The position numbers and the translations under genes are program-made. The notes below the pieces were generated by a model. That model searched no databases. It had not been told where the DNA came from and saw only the letters and a program-made list of their open reading frames with translations. This document shows positions 22,148 through 31,697 of a DNA stretch of 64,000 nt, in pieces. Every line of letters starts with the position of its first letter. Position 1 is the stretch's first letter. The stretch is from NCBI GenBank assembly GCA_965267575.1, contig OZ254086.1, forward strand, positions 2,752,001 through 2,816,000, read 5' to 3'. This stretch comes from Calditrichales bacterium. GTDB lineage: Bacteria > Calditrichota > Calditrichia > Calditrichales > J004.

Positions 22148-22176
22148 TTGTAATAAAGTGGATGATGCTCTAAATT
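22148..22176 (+). promoter_or_regulatory. Sigma70-type promoter of accC
   Basis: TTGTAA-17 nt-TAAATT. Confidence 0.5.
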
Positions 22177-22224
22177 TACGACTTCTATACATAAACGGAT
22201 CCGGGATATTAAAGGGAGGCTGGT

Positions 22225-23583
22225 TTGTTTAAGAAAATCCTGATTGCTAATCGTGGTGAAATCGCTCTTCGCGTAATTCGTGCCTGCAAAGAGATGGGCA
22301 TAGCGACGGTCGCCGTGCACTCTGAGGCGGATGAAGATTCCCTGCACGTTCGCTTTGCAGACGAAGCCATTTGTATTGGTCCTGCCCGTAGTGGTTTAAG
22401 CTATCTTAAAGCAGATCGTCTTATTGCCGCGGCCGAAATATCGGGTGCGGAAGCCGTCCATCCGGGGTACGGCTTTTTGGCGGAAAACGCTGATTTTGCC
22501 GATGTCTGCGCGTCCAGTGGTCTGAAGTTTATCGGCCCTTCCGGCGACGTTATCCGCGTTATGGGCGATAAGGCAATGGCCAAGGATACCATGAAAAAAG
22601 CCGGCGTACCGGTGGTGCCAGGCAGCGAAGGTGTTATCAAAAAGCTGGATCACGCGCGGGAGCTGGCGGAGAGTATAGGTTTTCCTGTTATTTTAAAGGC
22701 GGTAGCCGGCGGCGGCGGAAAAGGCATGCGTATCGTACGCTCGCCAAAGGATCTGGAGGTTAGCTACCAGATGGCCCGCGCCGAAGCCGAGGGCGCCTTT
22801 AACAATCCCGATTTGTACCTTGAAAAATTTATCACCAACCCCAGGCATATTGAGATACAGATTCTGACCGACCAGCACGGAAACGGCGTGCATCTGGGAG
22901 AGCGCGAATGCAGTATTCAGCGCAGGCACCAGAAACTGGTTGAAGAGGCGCCTTCCGCGGTGGTAAGCCCGGAGTTGCGCAAAAAAATGGGTGACGTGGC
23001 CGTAAAAGGCGCGCTGGAAGTAAATTATGAAGGCGCTGGAACGATAGAGTTTTTGCTCGACGCGGACCAGAATTTTTACTTTATGGAAATGAACACACGT
23101 ATCCAGGTTGAGCATCCGGTGAGTGAAATCGTCTATGATGTGGACCTGATCAAAGAGCAGATACTGGTGGCTTCCGGTGAAAAACTGAGATTTCAACAAA
23201 GCGATCTAAAAATACTTGGCCACGCTATTGAATGCCGTATAAACGCTGAGGATTATGAGCGCAATTTTATGCCAAGCCCCGGCGAAATAACCAGCTTTCA
23301 CATGCCGGGCGGCCCGGGTGTGCGGGTGGATTCCCATGCATACCAGCGTTACCGCATTCCGCCCTATTACGATTCCCTTATTGCTAAGCTGATCTGCCAT
23401 GGCCGTACCCGCGATGAAGCGATCCAAAGGCTGAGAAGAGCTCTGGATGAATTTATCATCGAGGGTGTAAAAACGACAATTCCCTTTCACCAAAAGCTGA
23501 TAGCACGAAAAGAGTTTCAGACAGCTGAATTTGATACGGGCTTTCTGGACAGAGTAAATTTAATTGAGGAGGAGGAGGCGTGA
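22225..23583 (+). CDS. accC: Biotin carboxylase
   Basis: [38 protein letters not shown] start with GGGAGG SD. Confidence 0.97.
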   Translation: MFKKILIANRGEIALRVIRACKEMGIATVAVHSEADEDSLHVRFADEAICIGPARSGLSYLKADRLIAAAEISGAEAVHPGYGFLAENADFADVCASSGLKFIGPSGDVIRVMGDKAMAKDTMKKAGVPVVPGSEGVIKKLDHARELAESIGFPVILKAVAGGGGKGMRIVRSPKDLEVSYQMARAEAEGAFNNPDLYLEKFITNPRHIEIQILTDQHGNGVHLGERECSIQRRHQKLVEEAPSAVVSPELRKKMGDVAVKGALEVNYEGAGTIEFLLDADQNFYFMEMNTRIQVEHPVSEIVYDVDLIKEQILVASGEKLRFQQSDLKILGHAIECRINAEDYERNFMPSPGEITSFHMPGGPGVRVDSHAYQRYRIPPYYDSLIAKLICHGRTRDEAIQRLRRALDEFIIEGVKTTIPFHQKLIARKEFQTAEFDTGFLDRVNLIEEEEA

Positions 23584-23960
23584 TGAGCGTTCCTGCGGAT
23601 CTGAAATATACAAAAGAACATGAATGGGCCCGTCGTGACGGAGATGTTGTGACGGTAGGCATAACAGAATATGCGCAGGGTGAACTTGGCGATGTCGTTT
23701 TCGTGGAACTCCCGCAGGTTGGAGATTCCGTGGAAATGGACGATACTTTTGGTACTATCGAGGCCGTAAAAGCTGTGGCCGATCTTTTCAGCCCGCTGAG
23801 CGGCGAGGTCGTCGAAATTAACGAATCGTTATCGGATGACCCGGAAAAGGTCAACAAAGATCCCTATGGCGACGGCTGGATGGTAAAGATAAAAATGAGC
23901 GATGCCTCGCAGTGGGATGAAATGATGAGTGCTGAAGATTATAAAGAGCACATCGGCTAA
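23580..23960 (+). CDS. gcvH: Glycine cleavage system H protein
   Basis: [25 protein letters not shown] lipoyl-Lys, NKDPYGDGW. Confidence 0.96.
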   Translation: MMSVPADLKYTKEHEWARRDGDVVTVGITEYAQGELGDVVFVELPQVGDSVEMDDTFGTIEAVKAVADLFSPLSGEVVEINESLSDDPEKVNKDPYGDGWMVKIKMSDASQWDEMMSAEDYKEHIG

Positions 23961-23971
23961 ACGGGAGTGCC

Positions 23972-24955
23972 ATGCCAAAGATTCTCATAGCTGATGATAA
24001 CGAGGAAATGCTCGATACGCTGGAGCGTATTTTCGGGTTGTACAATTTTAATGTTATCAAGGCGCTGGACGGTAGCGAAGCGGTAAAAAGCGCCCGTGAC
24101 GAAAAGCCGGACATCATTATACTGGACGGAATGATGCCGGAGATGGACGGCTTTGACGCCTGCCGCGTGTTGAAAAACGATGAGCGCACGAAAGACATAC
24201 CGGTGGTATTTTTAACCGCAAATTATATGGAACTGCGCGATCGCATCAAGGGCCTGGAGCTTGGCGCAGATGACTATCTGCTAAAGCCTTTTAATTCTAA
24301 GGACCTGGTGTTTCGTATTAAGTCAATCCTCAAACGCACGCAGGAAACGCGCGAATTACGGCAAAGCAATCTGGAAATTGTAAACAAAAACAGCGAAGTA
24401 GAAAAAAAACTGGAAGAATTGATCGCGCGGCACCAGTCTGAGCCGATTATTGTTGTTGATCCCACTACGGGTTTGTACAGTCGCACTTTTTTTCAACTGC
24501 GTTTGAACCAGGAGCTTGAACGTTTTTCGCGTTACGGCAACGCGCTGTCGCTGATGTGCCTGATGGTTGAAAATCATCAAAAGCTGCGCGAGAATCTCGG
24601 CAAAATACTTTACAGCTACCTGATTATTAAAATAGGTAACAGCATTCTGCAGCAAATGCGCTCCATTGACCTGGTTTCATATGATGAGGAAAAAGGTTTT
24701 CTCATACTGATGCCGCAAACGCCAAGGGAAGGCGCCGAGGCCAAAATGGATATTTTAAAGGATGCTCTCAGAGAGCGTTCTTATCTGGAAGAAGATGTAT
24801 TGAAAACTCTTGAATTTTCGAGAAAAAAATTGTCTGATATAACAAAACTTTCTTTTTGCTTTGGATTATCTTCAACGGAAGACAGTTCTGTAACGCGGGA
24901 TGGCGAGGCCTTTGTGAATGAAGCGTGCCTGACCGCTGAAAAAAGCAATCTGTAA
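23972..24955 (+). CDS. Response regulator with coiled coil and degenerate GGDEF domain
   Basis: REC (ADD, DGMMP, KPF); DPTTGLYS; signature position reads SYDEEKGF. Confidence 0.8.
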   Translation: MPKILIADDNEEMLDTLERIFGLYNFNVIKALDGSEAVKSARDEKPDIIILDGMMPEMDGFDACRVLKNDERTKDIPVVFLTANYMELRDRIKGLELGADDYLLKPFNSKDLVFRIKSILKRTQETRELRQSNLEIVNKNSEVEKKLEELIARHQSEPIIVVDPTTGLYSRTFFQLRLNQELERFSRYGNALSLMCLMVENHQKLRENLGKILYSYLIIKIGNSILQQMRSIDLVSYDEEKGFLILMPQTPREGAEAKMDILKDALRERSYLEEDVLKTLEFSRKKLSDITKLSFCFGLSSTEDSSVTRDGEAFVNEACLTAEKSNL

Positions 24956-24987
24956 GAAAAAAGCTAAACAGGTTCCGGAGAGATATT

Positions 24988-25719
24988 ATGGCGCATAAAG
25001 TACTTATCGCGGACGACAACCCCCAGGTTTTGAAGCTTTTACAGATCAGCCTGAAGAAAGCAGGCTACGATGTCATTGAAGCTGAAAACGGGGAACAGGC
25101 TTTTGAACTGGCCAATAAAGAAAAACCGGATATCATTATCTCCGATATTATGATGCCACAAATGGACGGCATTGAACTTTGCTGGATGATCCGCGAGAAT
25201 TCTGAGATTCCCATAGTGCCTTTTATTTTCCTTACCTCTTTTGATGATCCGGAAACGGAGATCAAGGGTTTTCGCGCCGGTGCGGACAAATATCTGAACA
25301 AGCCGATTGAGCGCAAGGAACTAATCGAAAAAGTGCAGGAACTTTTGCAGCGTAACGATCAGCTTAAAGACATGGAGAAAGAGAGCAGCGAAAAACAGGC
25401 TTTTGCCGGAGATCTGTCTGACCTTTCGATCGTTGAACTTGTGCAAATGCTAAACCTGAATAAAAAATCGGGCACGCTGAATATCAGCGCCGGGACAACC
25501 GGCAAGATTTATCTGAAAGACGGGCAACTTCATGCCGCGGAATGCGACAGTCTTAACGGAGAAGAAGCTGTTTACAAGCTTGTTGAGCAGGATAAAGGTA
25601 CCTTTAATTTTGAAATTACCGATGTAACCATTGAGCGCAACATAAACAGCTCAACAATGAATGTGATTATGGAAGCCTGCCGTATCATGGACGAAAGCCG
25701 CGCAGGTGATAAATTATAG
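24988..25719 (+). CDS. Response regulator with DUF4388-like domain
   Basis: REC plus FAGDLSDLSIVELVQML...KSGTL...GEEAVY. Confidence 0.82.
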   Translation: MAHKVLIADDNPQVLKLLQISLKKAGYDVIEAENGEQAFELANKEKPDIIISDIMMPQMDGIELCWMIRENSEIPIVPFIFLTSFDDPETEIKGFRAGADKYLNKPIERKELIEKVQELLQRNDQLKDMEKESSEKQAFAGDLSDLSIVELVQMLNLNKKSGTLNISAGTTGKIYLKDGQLHAAECDSLNGEEAVYKLVEQDKGTFNFEITDVTIERNINSSTMNVIMEACRIMDESRAGDKL

Positions 25720-25739
25720 TGTAAATATTTTGGAAGGAT

Positions 25740-26669
25740 ATGTATAAAATACTCATAACAGACCCTCTCGCGGACACGGCCCTTTCCATATTGGAAGAAG
25801 CGCCGGATGTCACTTTTGAAACAGCCTACGGTCTGAGCGCGGACGAGCTGCGCGACAAAATCCAATCTTTTAATGCGGTCATTATCCGCAGTGCCACCAA
25901 AATTACCAGGGAAATACTGGATAACGCGGAAAGCCTTAAAGCCATCGGACGTGCCGGGACCGGCCTGGATAATATTGATCTGGAAACGGCTGACCGCAAG
26001 GGCGTGCGTGTTTTTAATACGCCTGGCACCAACGCGCCGGCCGTAGCGGAATTAACCATAGGCATGCTTTTCGCCCTGGCCCGCAAAATTGCCGCGGCAG
26101 ACGCCACGATGAAAGCAGGCAAATGGGAAAAGAAAACGATGGGCGGCGGCTATGAACTGGGTGATAAGAAACTGGGTATCGTTGGCTGCGGAACGATCGG
26201 AAAACTGGTAGCTCAAAAAGGTGCCGCTCTGGGCATGGAAATCCTGGTGACCAACCGCTCCGCCGTAAAACTGGACAAGGTTTCTTTTGAGCAGCTGCCA
26301 CTGGATAAGCTTTTGCAGAAGAGTGATTTTGTAACGATCCATTTGCCCAAGTCCGACAAGACAATGAATTACATGGGCAAAGCGGAACTGAAAATGATGA
26401 AAGAAACGGCCTTCCTTGTAAATACATCGCGTGGCGGCGTTGTAAACGAAAAGGATTTGCTGGCCTGTCTGGATGACGGTGTTATAGCCGGGGCCGCTTT
26501 GGACGTATATGAAAATGAGCCGAACTATAACAAGGAACTTGCTGCCCACCCTTCTGTTGTCGCAACACCCCATATTGCCGCATCGACAAAGGAATCGCAG
26601 GAACGTGTCGGCGTTCAGATCGTAGATAAGGTATTGGAATATTTGCGGTCAAAATACATTTTTCTCTAG
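25740..26669 (+). CDS. D-2-hydroxyacid dehydrogenase (SerA-like, no ACT domain)
   Basis: RAGTGLDNID, GCGTIG, NTSRGG, DVYENEP, TPHIAAST. Confidence 0.88.
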   Translation: MYKILITDPLADTALSILEEAPDVTFETAYGLSADELRDKIQSFNAVIIRSATKITREILDNAESLKAIGRAGTGLDNIDLETADRKGVRVFNTPGTNAPAVAELTIGMLFALARKIAAADATMKAGKWEKKTMGGGYELGDKKLGIVGCGTIGKLVAQKGAALGMEILVTNRSAVKLDKVSFEQLPLDKLLQKSDFVTIHLPKSDKTMNYMGKAELKMMKETAFLVNTSRGGVVNEKDLLACLDDGVIAGAALDVYENEPNYNKELAAHPSVVATPHIAASTKESQERVGVQIVDKVLEYLRSKYIFL

Positions 26670-26683
26670 TAGAACGGTTAAGC

Positions 26684-26713
26684 TTGACTTGCCACAGTTT
26701 GACCCGATAAATT
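26684..26713 (+). promoter_or_regulatory. Sigma70-type promoter of the pdxS operon
   Basis: TTGACT-18 nt-TAAATT. Confidence 0.45.
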
Positions 26714-26753
26714 ATCAGGTTTTAGATATTAGTTTGTTTTTCAGGAGTCTTAA

Positions 26754-27635
26754 ATGTTAGATAAACAATTTTTGTTAAAAGTGGGCCTTGCCGAAATGTT
26801 AAAGGGCGGCGTGATCATGGATGTGACCAACGCAGAACAGGCCAAAATTGCCGAGGATGCCGGCGCCGTTTCCGTAATGGCGCTGGAAAGAATTCCGGCG
26901 GATATCCGTGCACAGGGCGGTGTAGCTCGTATGTCAAACCCCAAAATGATCCGCGAAATCCAGGCTGCGGTTTCTATCCCCGTGATGGCCAAATGCCGTA
27001 TAGGACATTTTGCTGAAGCACAGGTGTTGCAGTCTTTGGGTGTAGACTTTGTTGATGAAAGTGAAGTGCTTACCCCCGCCGATGATGTAAACCACGTTTG
27101 GAAACATGATTTTAAAGTGCCTTTTGTTTGCGGTTGCCGCAATCTTGGCGAAGCTTTGCGCCGCATCGCCGAGGGCGCCGCGATGATCCGCACCAAAGGC
27201 GAAGCCGGTTCGGGCAATATCGTCGAGGCGGTGCGGCATATGCGCATGGTACAGTCCGAGATAAAAAAGATCCAGACACTCGATAACCATGAAGTGGTTA
27301 CCTTTTCCAAGAATATCGGCGCGCCCGTTGAGCTGGTGCAGTACGTGCGCGAACACGGCAAACTGCCGGTTCCCAATTTTGCCGCCGGAGGTGTTGCCAC
27401 ACCCGCGGATGCGTCACTGATGATGCAGTTGGGCGCGGAAACAGTATTTGTGGGCAGCGGCATATTCAAGTCATCCGATCCTGAGGCGCGGGCCAAAGCC
27501 ATTGTACTGGCGACCACCCATTATGACGATCCCGACGTGGTTTGCAAAGCGAGTGAAGCCCTTGGTGAAGCTATGCCCGGCCTGGAAATAAGCCAGATAC
27601 CTGAAGGCGAGCTGCTGCAGAACAGAGGTTGGTAG
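26754..27635 (+). CDS. pdxS: PLP synthase lyase subunit
   Basis: [38 protein letters not shown]. Confidence 0.97.
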   Translation: MLDKQFLLKVGLAEMLKGGVIMDVTNAEQAKIAEDAGAVSVMALERIPADIRAQGGVARMSNPKMIREIQAAVSIPVMAKCRIGHFAEAQVLQSLGVDFVDESEVLTPADDVNHVWKHDFKVPFVCGCRNLGEALRRIAEGAAMIRTKGEAGSGNIVEAVRHMRMVQSEIKKIQTLDNHEVVTFSKNIGAPVELVQYVREHGKLPVPNFAAGGVATPADASLMMQLGAETVFVGSGIFKSSDPEARAKAIVLATTHYDDPDVVCKASEALGEAMPGLEISQIPEGELLQNRGW

Positions 27636-28207
27636 TGGCCCCGGTTGGAATTCTCGCTTTACAGGGTGATTTTTCAAAACATTTAGAGGCTGTGCGCAAA
27701 GTTGGGCGCACGCCTCTTTTAGTCAGAAAAGCATCCGAGCTTGAGAAATGCGAGCGCCTGATTATCCCGGGTGGTGAATCAACGACTTTTCTAAAACTTA
27801 TCGAACGCCTGGAGCTGCGTGAACCTCTTTATAAATATTGTTCATCCCGTCCTGCCTTCGGCACCTGCGCCGGCTTGATTATCCTCGCAAAGAACGTAGT
27901 TAACCTTAATCAAAATCCGCTCGGTCTGATTGATATTACCGTACAGAGAAATGCCTACGGCAGGCAGATTGATTCTTTTGTTGACAAAATCTCTTTTACA
28001 GAAAACCATATATCCGATCCTTTTGAGGCGGTCTTTATACGTGCTCCTAAAATTCTTAAGGTTGGCGAGGATAGCCGCGTGATCGCCCGGCATGGTGAAG
28101 AACCCGTTATGGCCGCGAATAAAAATATCCTGGTAGCTACATTCCACCCGGAATTAACCGAAGATAACCGAATACATGAGTTCTTTATTAACCGTTTTGC
28201 CCAATAA
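27629..28207 (+). CDS. pdxT: PLP synthase glutaminase subunit
   Basis: LALQGDF, PGGESTT, GTCAG, RNAYGRQ, FHPE. Confidence 0.96.
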   Translation: MVVAPVGILALQGDFSKHLEAVRKVGRTPLLVRKASELEKCERLIIPGGESTTFLKLIERLELREPLYKYCSSRPAFGTCAGLIILAKNVVNLNQNPLGLIDITVQRNAYGRQIDSFVDKISFTENHISDPFEAVFIRAPKILKVGEDSRVIARHGEEPVMAANKNILVATFHPELTEDNRIHEFFINRFAQ

Positions 28208-28222
28208 AACCCAAAAGATTCT

Positions 28223-28555
28223 ATGAAAGACTACAGCATATTTTTCTGCACCGCGCCCGACCTGAGAACGGCGCAAAAACTTGCCTATCACCTTGTAGGC
28301 AACAAGCTTGCGGCATGCTGCAATATTGTGCCGCAGATTCAATCCGTCTATATGTGGGAAGACCGCATCACCGAAGACGAAGAACAGTTGTTGATTATAA
28401 AATCGGAGACGAATAAGTTTGACGCGATTGAAAAAGTTGTGAAAGAACTGCATCCTTACGACGTTCCCGAGCTTATAGCCGCGCCCATAAGCAACGGCAC
28501 GGCTCAATACCTGCAATGGATAACAACAACGGTGCAATCCGATGAAGATGAATGA
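28223..28555 (+). CDS. cutA: Divalent-cation tolerance protein CutA
   Basis: LAACCNI, SVYMWE, HPYDVPE, YLQW. Confidence 0.93.
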   Translation: MKDYSIFFCTAPDLRTAQKLAYHLVGNKLAACCNIVPQIQSVYMWEDRITEDEEQLLIIKSETNKFDAIEKVVKELHPYDVPELIAAPISNGTAQYLQWITTTVQSDEDE

Positions 28556-29435
28556 CCATCTCGACAAGTTGCTGGCTGACAATCAGTCCGGATCATATAC
28601 CTTAACACGTAATGTATTCGCGACTTACCGGGAGTATATTACAAACTTTGACAGTGATCTTACCGTTGAGGACATGTTTGATGACATACATCATATGTCC
28701 CGTGTGCTGATCAAGCACCAACCAAATATGGTTTTGCTAAGGCGCACGACCAACAGCCTTATCTCCTTTTTTAAGCGATTACAAAAAGGGGAGCACGGGC
28801 GCGACGAGATCAAACAATCCCTGCTGGAAAAAATTTCCCAGATTGAGCAGGATTTGAACGAGAATCTTAATAATATCGCTGTAAGCGGATCCAAAATAAT
28901 CGCCAATTTTAATAAAGTAATGACAATATCCAATTCAACAGCGGTATCCGAGATCATTAACGCCGCCCATGAATTTAAGCGCAAATTTGAGGTGTTCTGC
29001 CTGCGCAGCGATCCTCCCGGTGAAGGTGCCGCTTTTGCCGAAAAACTGGCTGCGCGGGGGATAAAAACAACGCTGCTGGCAGATTCTCAGGCCGGATTGA
29101 TCATCAACGATATGAACCTCGTCGTGCTGGGCGCGGACAGGTTATATGAAAGCGGCTTTGTCAACAAATCGGGCACCCTGCAATTGGTGCTGCTGGCCAA
29201 CCATTTTAATGTGCCGGTTTACCTCGCCGCCGAAACAACCAAAATTCTCAAGGAAACCGAAAGGTCCATTAAGCTGATCGAACGCGATCCCGGTGAAGTG
29301 CACGAGGAGAAGGAAGGTTTGCAGGTTATCAATCAATACTATGAAACAATTCCGATTGAACTGATCCACAAGGTGATCTGCGAAGAAGGCGTCTATGAGC
29401 GCGAAGAATTTGTCAACTGGTATCTGAAAGGGTAG
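28542..29435 (+). CDS. eIF-2B alpha/beta/delta superfamily (IF-2B) protein
   Basis: DNQSGS, QPNM, PPGEG, VVLGAD, VNKSGT, YYETIP, ICEEG. Confidence 0.75.
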   Translation: MKMNDHLDKLLADNQSGSYTLTRNVFATYREYITNFDSDLTVEDMFDDIHHMSRVLIKHQPNMVLLRRTTNSLISFFKRLQKGEHGRDEIKQSLLEKISQIEQDLNENLNNIAVSGSKIIANFNKVMTISNSTAVSEIINAAHEFKRKFEVFCLRSDPPGEGAAFAEKLAARGIKTTLLADSQAGLIINDMNLVVLGADRLYESGFVNKSGTLQLVLLANHFNVPVYLAAETTKILKETERSIKLIERDPGEVHEEKEGLQVINQYYETIPIELIHKVICEEGVYEREEFVNWYLKG

Positions 29436-29437
29436 CG

Positions 29438-29632
29438 ATGGCAAACGGAATATTTGTCACCGAAATCAAAAACCCGCACGTTATTGATGTGCCGGAAGAA
29501 GTTACAAATAGCCTGAACCTGGAAGAAGGGGACAAGGTCGAGGTAAGCCTGAAGAAAATACGCTCCAAAAGGATGGAGATAAAAATTTCCCGAAATCCGT
29601 TGCGTAGAATATTGGACCTAAAAGCAGAATAA
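29438..29632 (+). CDS. AbrB/MazE/SpoVT-like small DNA-binding protein (antitoxin-like)
   Basis: IDVPEEVTNSLNLEEGDKVEV; directly upstream of the PIN gene (TAATG overlap). Confidence 0.65.
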   Translation: MANGIFVTEIKNPHVIDVPEEVTNSLNLEEGDKVEVSLKKIRSKRMEIKISRNPLRRILDLKAE

Positions 29633-30060
29633 TGAAAAAGAACAGCAGCGTTTTCCTCGATTCCAGCGCCTGGCTTGCCGTTGTAGATCCCAACGATCCC
29701 AATCATGAAAAAGCGCGTGAATACTTTAGGCTGATGCTGGAGCGCGGCGCCCGGGCCATTACAAACAACATTGTAATTGATCAGACTTTGCAAACCCTGC
29801 GCAGTAAGTTTGGTACAGATCTGAGCCGCCGCTTTCTGGAGATAATAGACGAAAGCACACTTTCGGTAAACCTGCGTGTGGACTGGATATCGCGCCGTGT
29901 AAGACGATCCGTCATTCAACAATTTCTTAAAAGCTCAAAGAACGAGCTCACCCTGGATCATTTCTATATTTATGAAAGCCTGAAAAGAAAAAAAGCCGAT
30001 TTTGTTTTTACCTTTGATCCTGCCGTCAAACATTTTAAATATCCTATAATTCCCCAATAA
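29632..30060 (+). CDS. PIN domain (VapC-like) protein
   Basis: FLDSSAWLA...DPNHEKA...TLDH...FTFD. Confidence 0.78.
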   Translation: MKKNSSVFLDSSAWLAVVDPNDPNHEKAREYFRLMLERGARAITNNIVIDQTLQTLRSKFGTDLSRRFLEIIDESTLSVNLRVDWISRRVRRSVIQQFLKSSKNELTLDHFYIYESLKRKKADFVFTFDPAVKHFKYPIIPQ

Positions 30061-30061
30061 G

Positions 30062-30883
30062 ATGAGCAAGATAATTCTTATTGTTGGCGCCGACAGCAAT
30101 GCTTCTGCAACCGCCCTCCGCCTTTACCGCAGCGGCATTAAATGTATCTTGTGTACGCATCCGCAAAAAATTGATCCCTATTATCATCAAAATTTTTCAG
30201 CGGTTCTGAAGACAGGTCAAAAGCAAATTGACGGCATTTTTGCATGGTCTATCGCTCATTTTATTGAAAACAGTCCGGAGCAGTCCGCAGAAACGGATAC
30301 GATCATTAATCATATTCTTTATGATCGAAAAATCCCGGTAATTGATTTTGCTGATCTCACAAGTCAGCTTCTTTCCGGTGTGGATGGCATTGTGGTTTTT
30401 GACAGCGAAGCCGGCAAAAAGGTTCTGCCTAAAACAGACGGATCACGCAAGCCGATTATTTGTCTGCATACATTTGAAAATACAGGCGCGTGCGATTATA
30501 TAGTTGCCGGAGCCGGAGAGTTTTGTGGACGTGTTTTGTATCCGTTCCTTGATTTTCCCGATACCTTATTGCGTAACAAGGATGATGACTGTCGCGTTTT
30601 GCATGCTCCACGTGAAGGTCTGCTGCTGACGCATAAAAGTGCCGGTGACCGCGTAAAACAAAATGAATTGATTGCTGAAATAAATGATACGGAAATTGTC
30701 GCGAGCGACGAAGGTATCGTAGATGGCGTCCTACCAAGTGGTGTATTAATTGAGCAGGGCAGGCAGGTTGCTGTACTAAGAAAACAGGGATATTTTTGCG
30801 AACATTTATCCCAAAAACATTTTGCCATCGCAGGCGGTGTAATGGAAGCTTTGCATTTCCATTTTGATAAAGAAAAACAATGA
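30062..30883 (+). CDS. Divergent YqeB-like protein (selenium-dependent molybdenum hydroxylase system family)
   Basis: N-terminal ASATALRLYRSG; C-terminal VLHAPREG...GDRV...GIVDGVL and AIAGGVMEA resemble YqeB, while the central motifs are eroded. Confidence 0.55.
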   Translation: MSKIILIVGADSNASATALRLYRSGIKCILCTHPQKIDPYYHQNFSAVLKTGQKQIDGIFAWSIAHFIENSPEQSAETDTIINHILYDRKIPVIDFADLTSQLLSGVDGIVVFDSEAGKKVLPKTDGSRKPIICLHTFENTGACDYIVAGAGEFCGRVLYPFLDFPDTLLRNKDDDCRVLHAPREGLLLTHKSAGDRVKQNELIAEINDTEIVASDEGIVDGVLPSGVLIEQGRQVAVLRKQGYFCEHLSQKHFAIAGGVMEALHFHFDKEKQ

Positions 30884-30890
30884 ACTTTAT

Positions 30891-30919
30891 TTGACAGAAA
30901 TATTTCATGCCCGTATATT
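30891..30919 (+). promoter_or_regulatory. Sigma70 promoter of tRNA-Lys
   Basis: TTGACA-17 nt-TATATT. Confidence 0.8.
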
Positions 30920-30941
30920 ACCGATCTATTTTGAATGAGTT

Positions 30942-31014
30942 GAGTCAGTAGCTCAGTCGGTAGAGCAGTGGCCTTTTAAGCCATTGGTCCGGGGTTCGAG
31001 TCCCCGCTGACTCA
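30942..31014 (+). tRNA. tRNA-Lys (anticodon UUU), CCA not encoded
   Basis: Acceptor stem GAGTCAG/CTGACTC; D arm TAGCTCAGTCGGTAGAGC; anticodon loop CTTTTAA; T loop GTTCGAG. Confidence 0.97.
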
Positions 31015-31024
31015 CGTTAAATTG

Positions 31025-31050
31025 ACCCCGGCATTTTGCCGGGGTTTTTT
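31025..31050 (+). terminator. Intrinsic terminator after the tRNA
   Basis: ACCCCGGCA-TTT-TGCCGGGGT plus T run. Confidence 0.85.
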
Positions 31051-31140
31051 GTTTTAGTTTGGTAAGCTGATGCATAGTGCTTATTCCAAACGGCATTTTT
31101 CTATAGCAAAAAATTATAATCATAAAGCGCTTTTAGCGTC

Positions 31141-31169
31141 TTGATAATACAGTTTAATTCTTTTATAAT
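31141..31169 (+). promoter_or_regulatory. Near-consensus sigma70 promoter
   Basis: TTGATA-17 nt-TATAAT. Confidence 0.75.
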
Positions 31170-31222
31170 TGTGGCCTTAAACAACCGCTAATTCTAATTA
31201 TAAAGAGTGTCAGGAGAGATAG

Positions 31223-31426
31223 ATGAAGATTTATCAATTAAGAGAATATCTGGATGATTTTGATGAACAGGCTGAGGTTTTTGTAACTCTTTACAGCATT
31301 GAAGGCTCACAAGAGATGTATGAAATTACCAGTGCCACGAACAATGGCGGGCATCTGCAGCTTACAATCGACGAAGCTGATTCACATACTGATATTGACT
31401 TTATGGATGCCGATATCGAAGAGTAG
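31223..31426 (+). CDS. Small acidic hypothetical protein (67 aa)
   Basis: AGGAGA SD, upstream promoter, no overlapping better ORF. Confidence 0.7.
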   Translation: MKIYQLREYLDDFDEQAEVFVTLYSIEGSQEMYEITSATNNGGHLQLTIDEADSHTDIDFMDADIEE

Positions 31427-31597
31427 GTGGTTAAAAAATGATCAAAAATACCTGCTTGATGTCGACAAGCTATACATATTTGATCTCGATTATTAGCTAA
31501 GTTCAATAAAAACATCGCGTCTTCTTTCTGGCATGTAAGTTGTTCGATAAAGGAGAAGACACGGATGTTCTCCTTAATGGTTTTCAAAGGGACTTGT

Positions 31598-31628
31598 AAA
31601 GGCCGGGCTTTTTAGTCCGGCTTTTTTT
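31598..31628 (+). terminator. Intrinsic terminator
   Basis: GCCGGGCT-TTTT-AGTCCGGC followed by T7. Confidence 0.75.
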
Positions 31629-31632
31629 ATTG

Positions 31633-31657
31633 GTAACAATTTTTTTAAGCTTCCGTA
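31633..31657 (+). promoter_or_regulatory. ECF-type promoter motif
   Basis: GTAAC-16 nt-CGTA, repeated at 35419 and (GCAAC, 15 nt) at 43796. Confidence 0.55.
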
Positions 31658-31697
31658 ACAGCCCATATATTTGCTCTAAAAATTGCGGGAGGATTCC

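Noticed and set aside
25740..26669. Calling the dehydrogenase pdxB or serA because it lies next to pdxST
   Set aside because: The PdxS/T route does not use PdxB, a separate promoter-like element precedes pdxS, and the substrate cannot be set from motifs
30942..31430. tRNA-Lys as integration site of an island or prophage
   Set aside because: No integrase and no duplicated tRNA 3' end seen in the window
31299..31587. ORFs 31299..31496 (+) and 31291..31587 (-)
   Set aside because: They overlap the SD- and promoter-supported 31223 gene and have no convincing start signals
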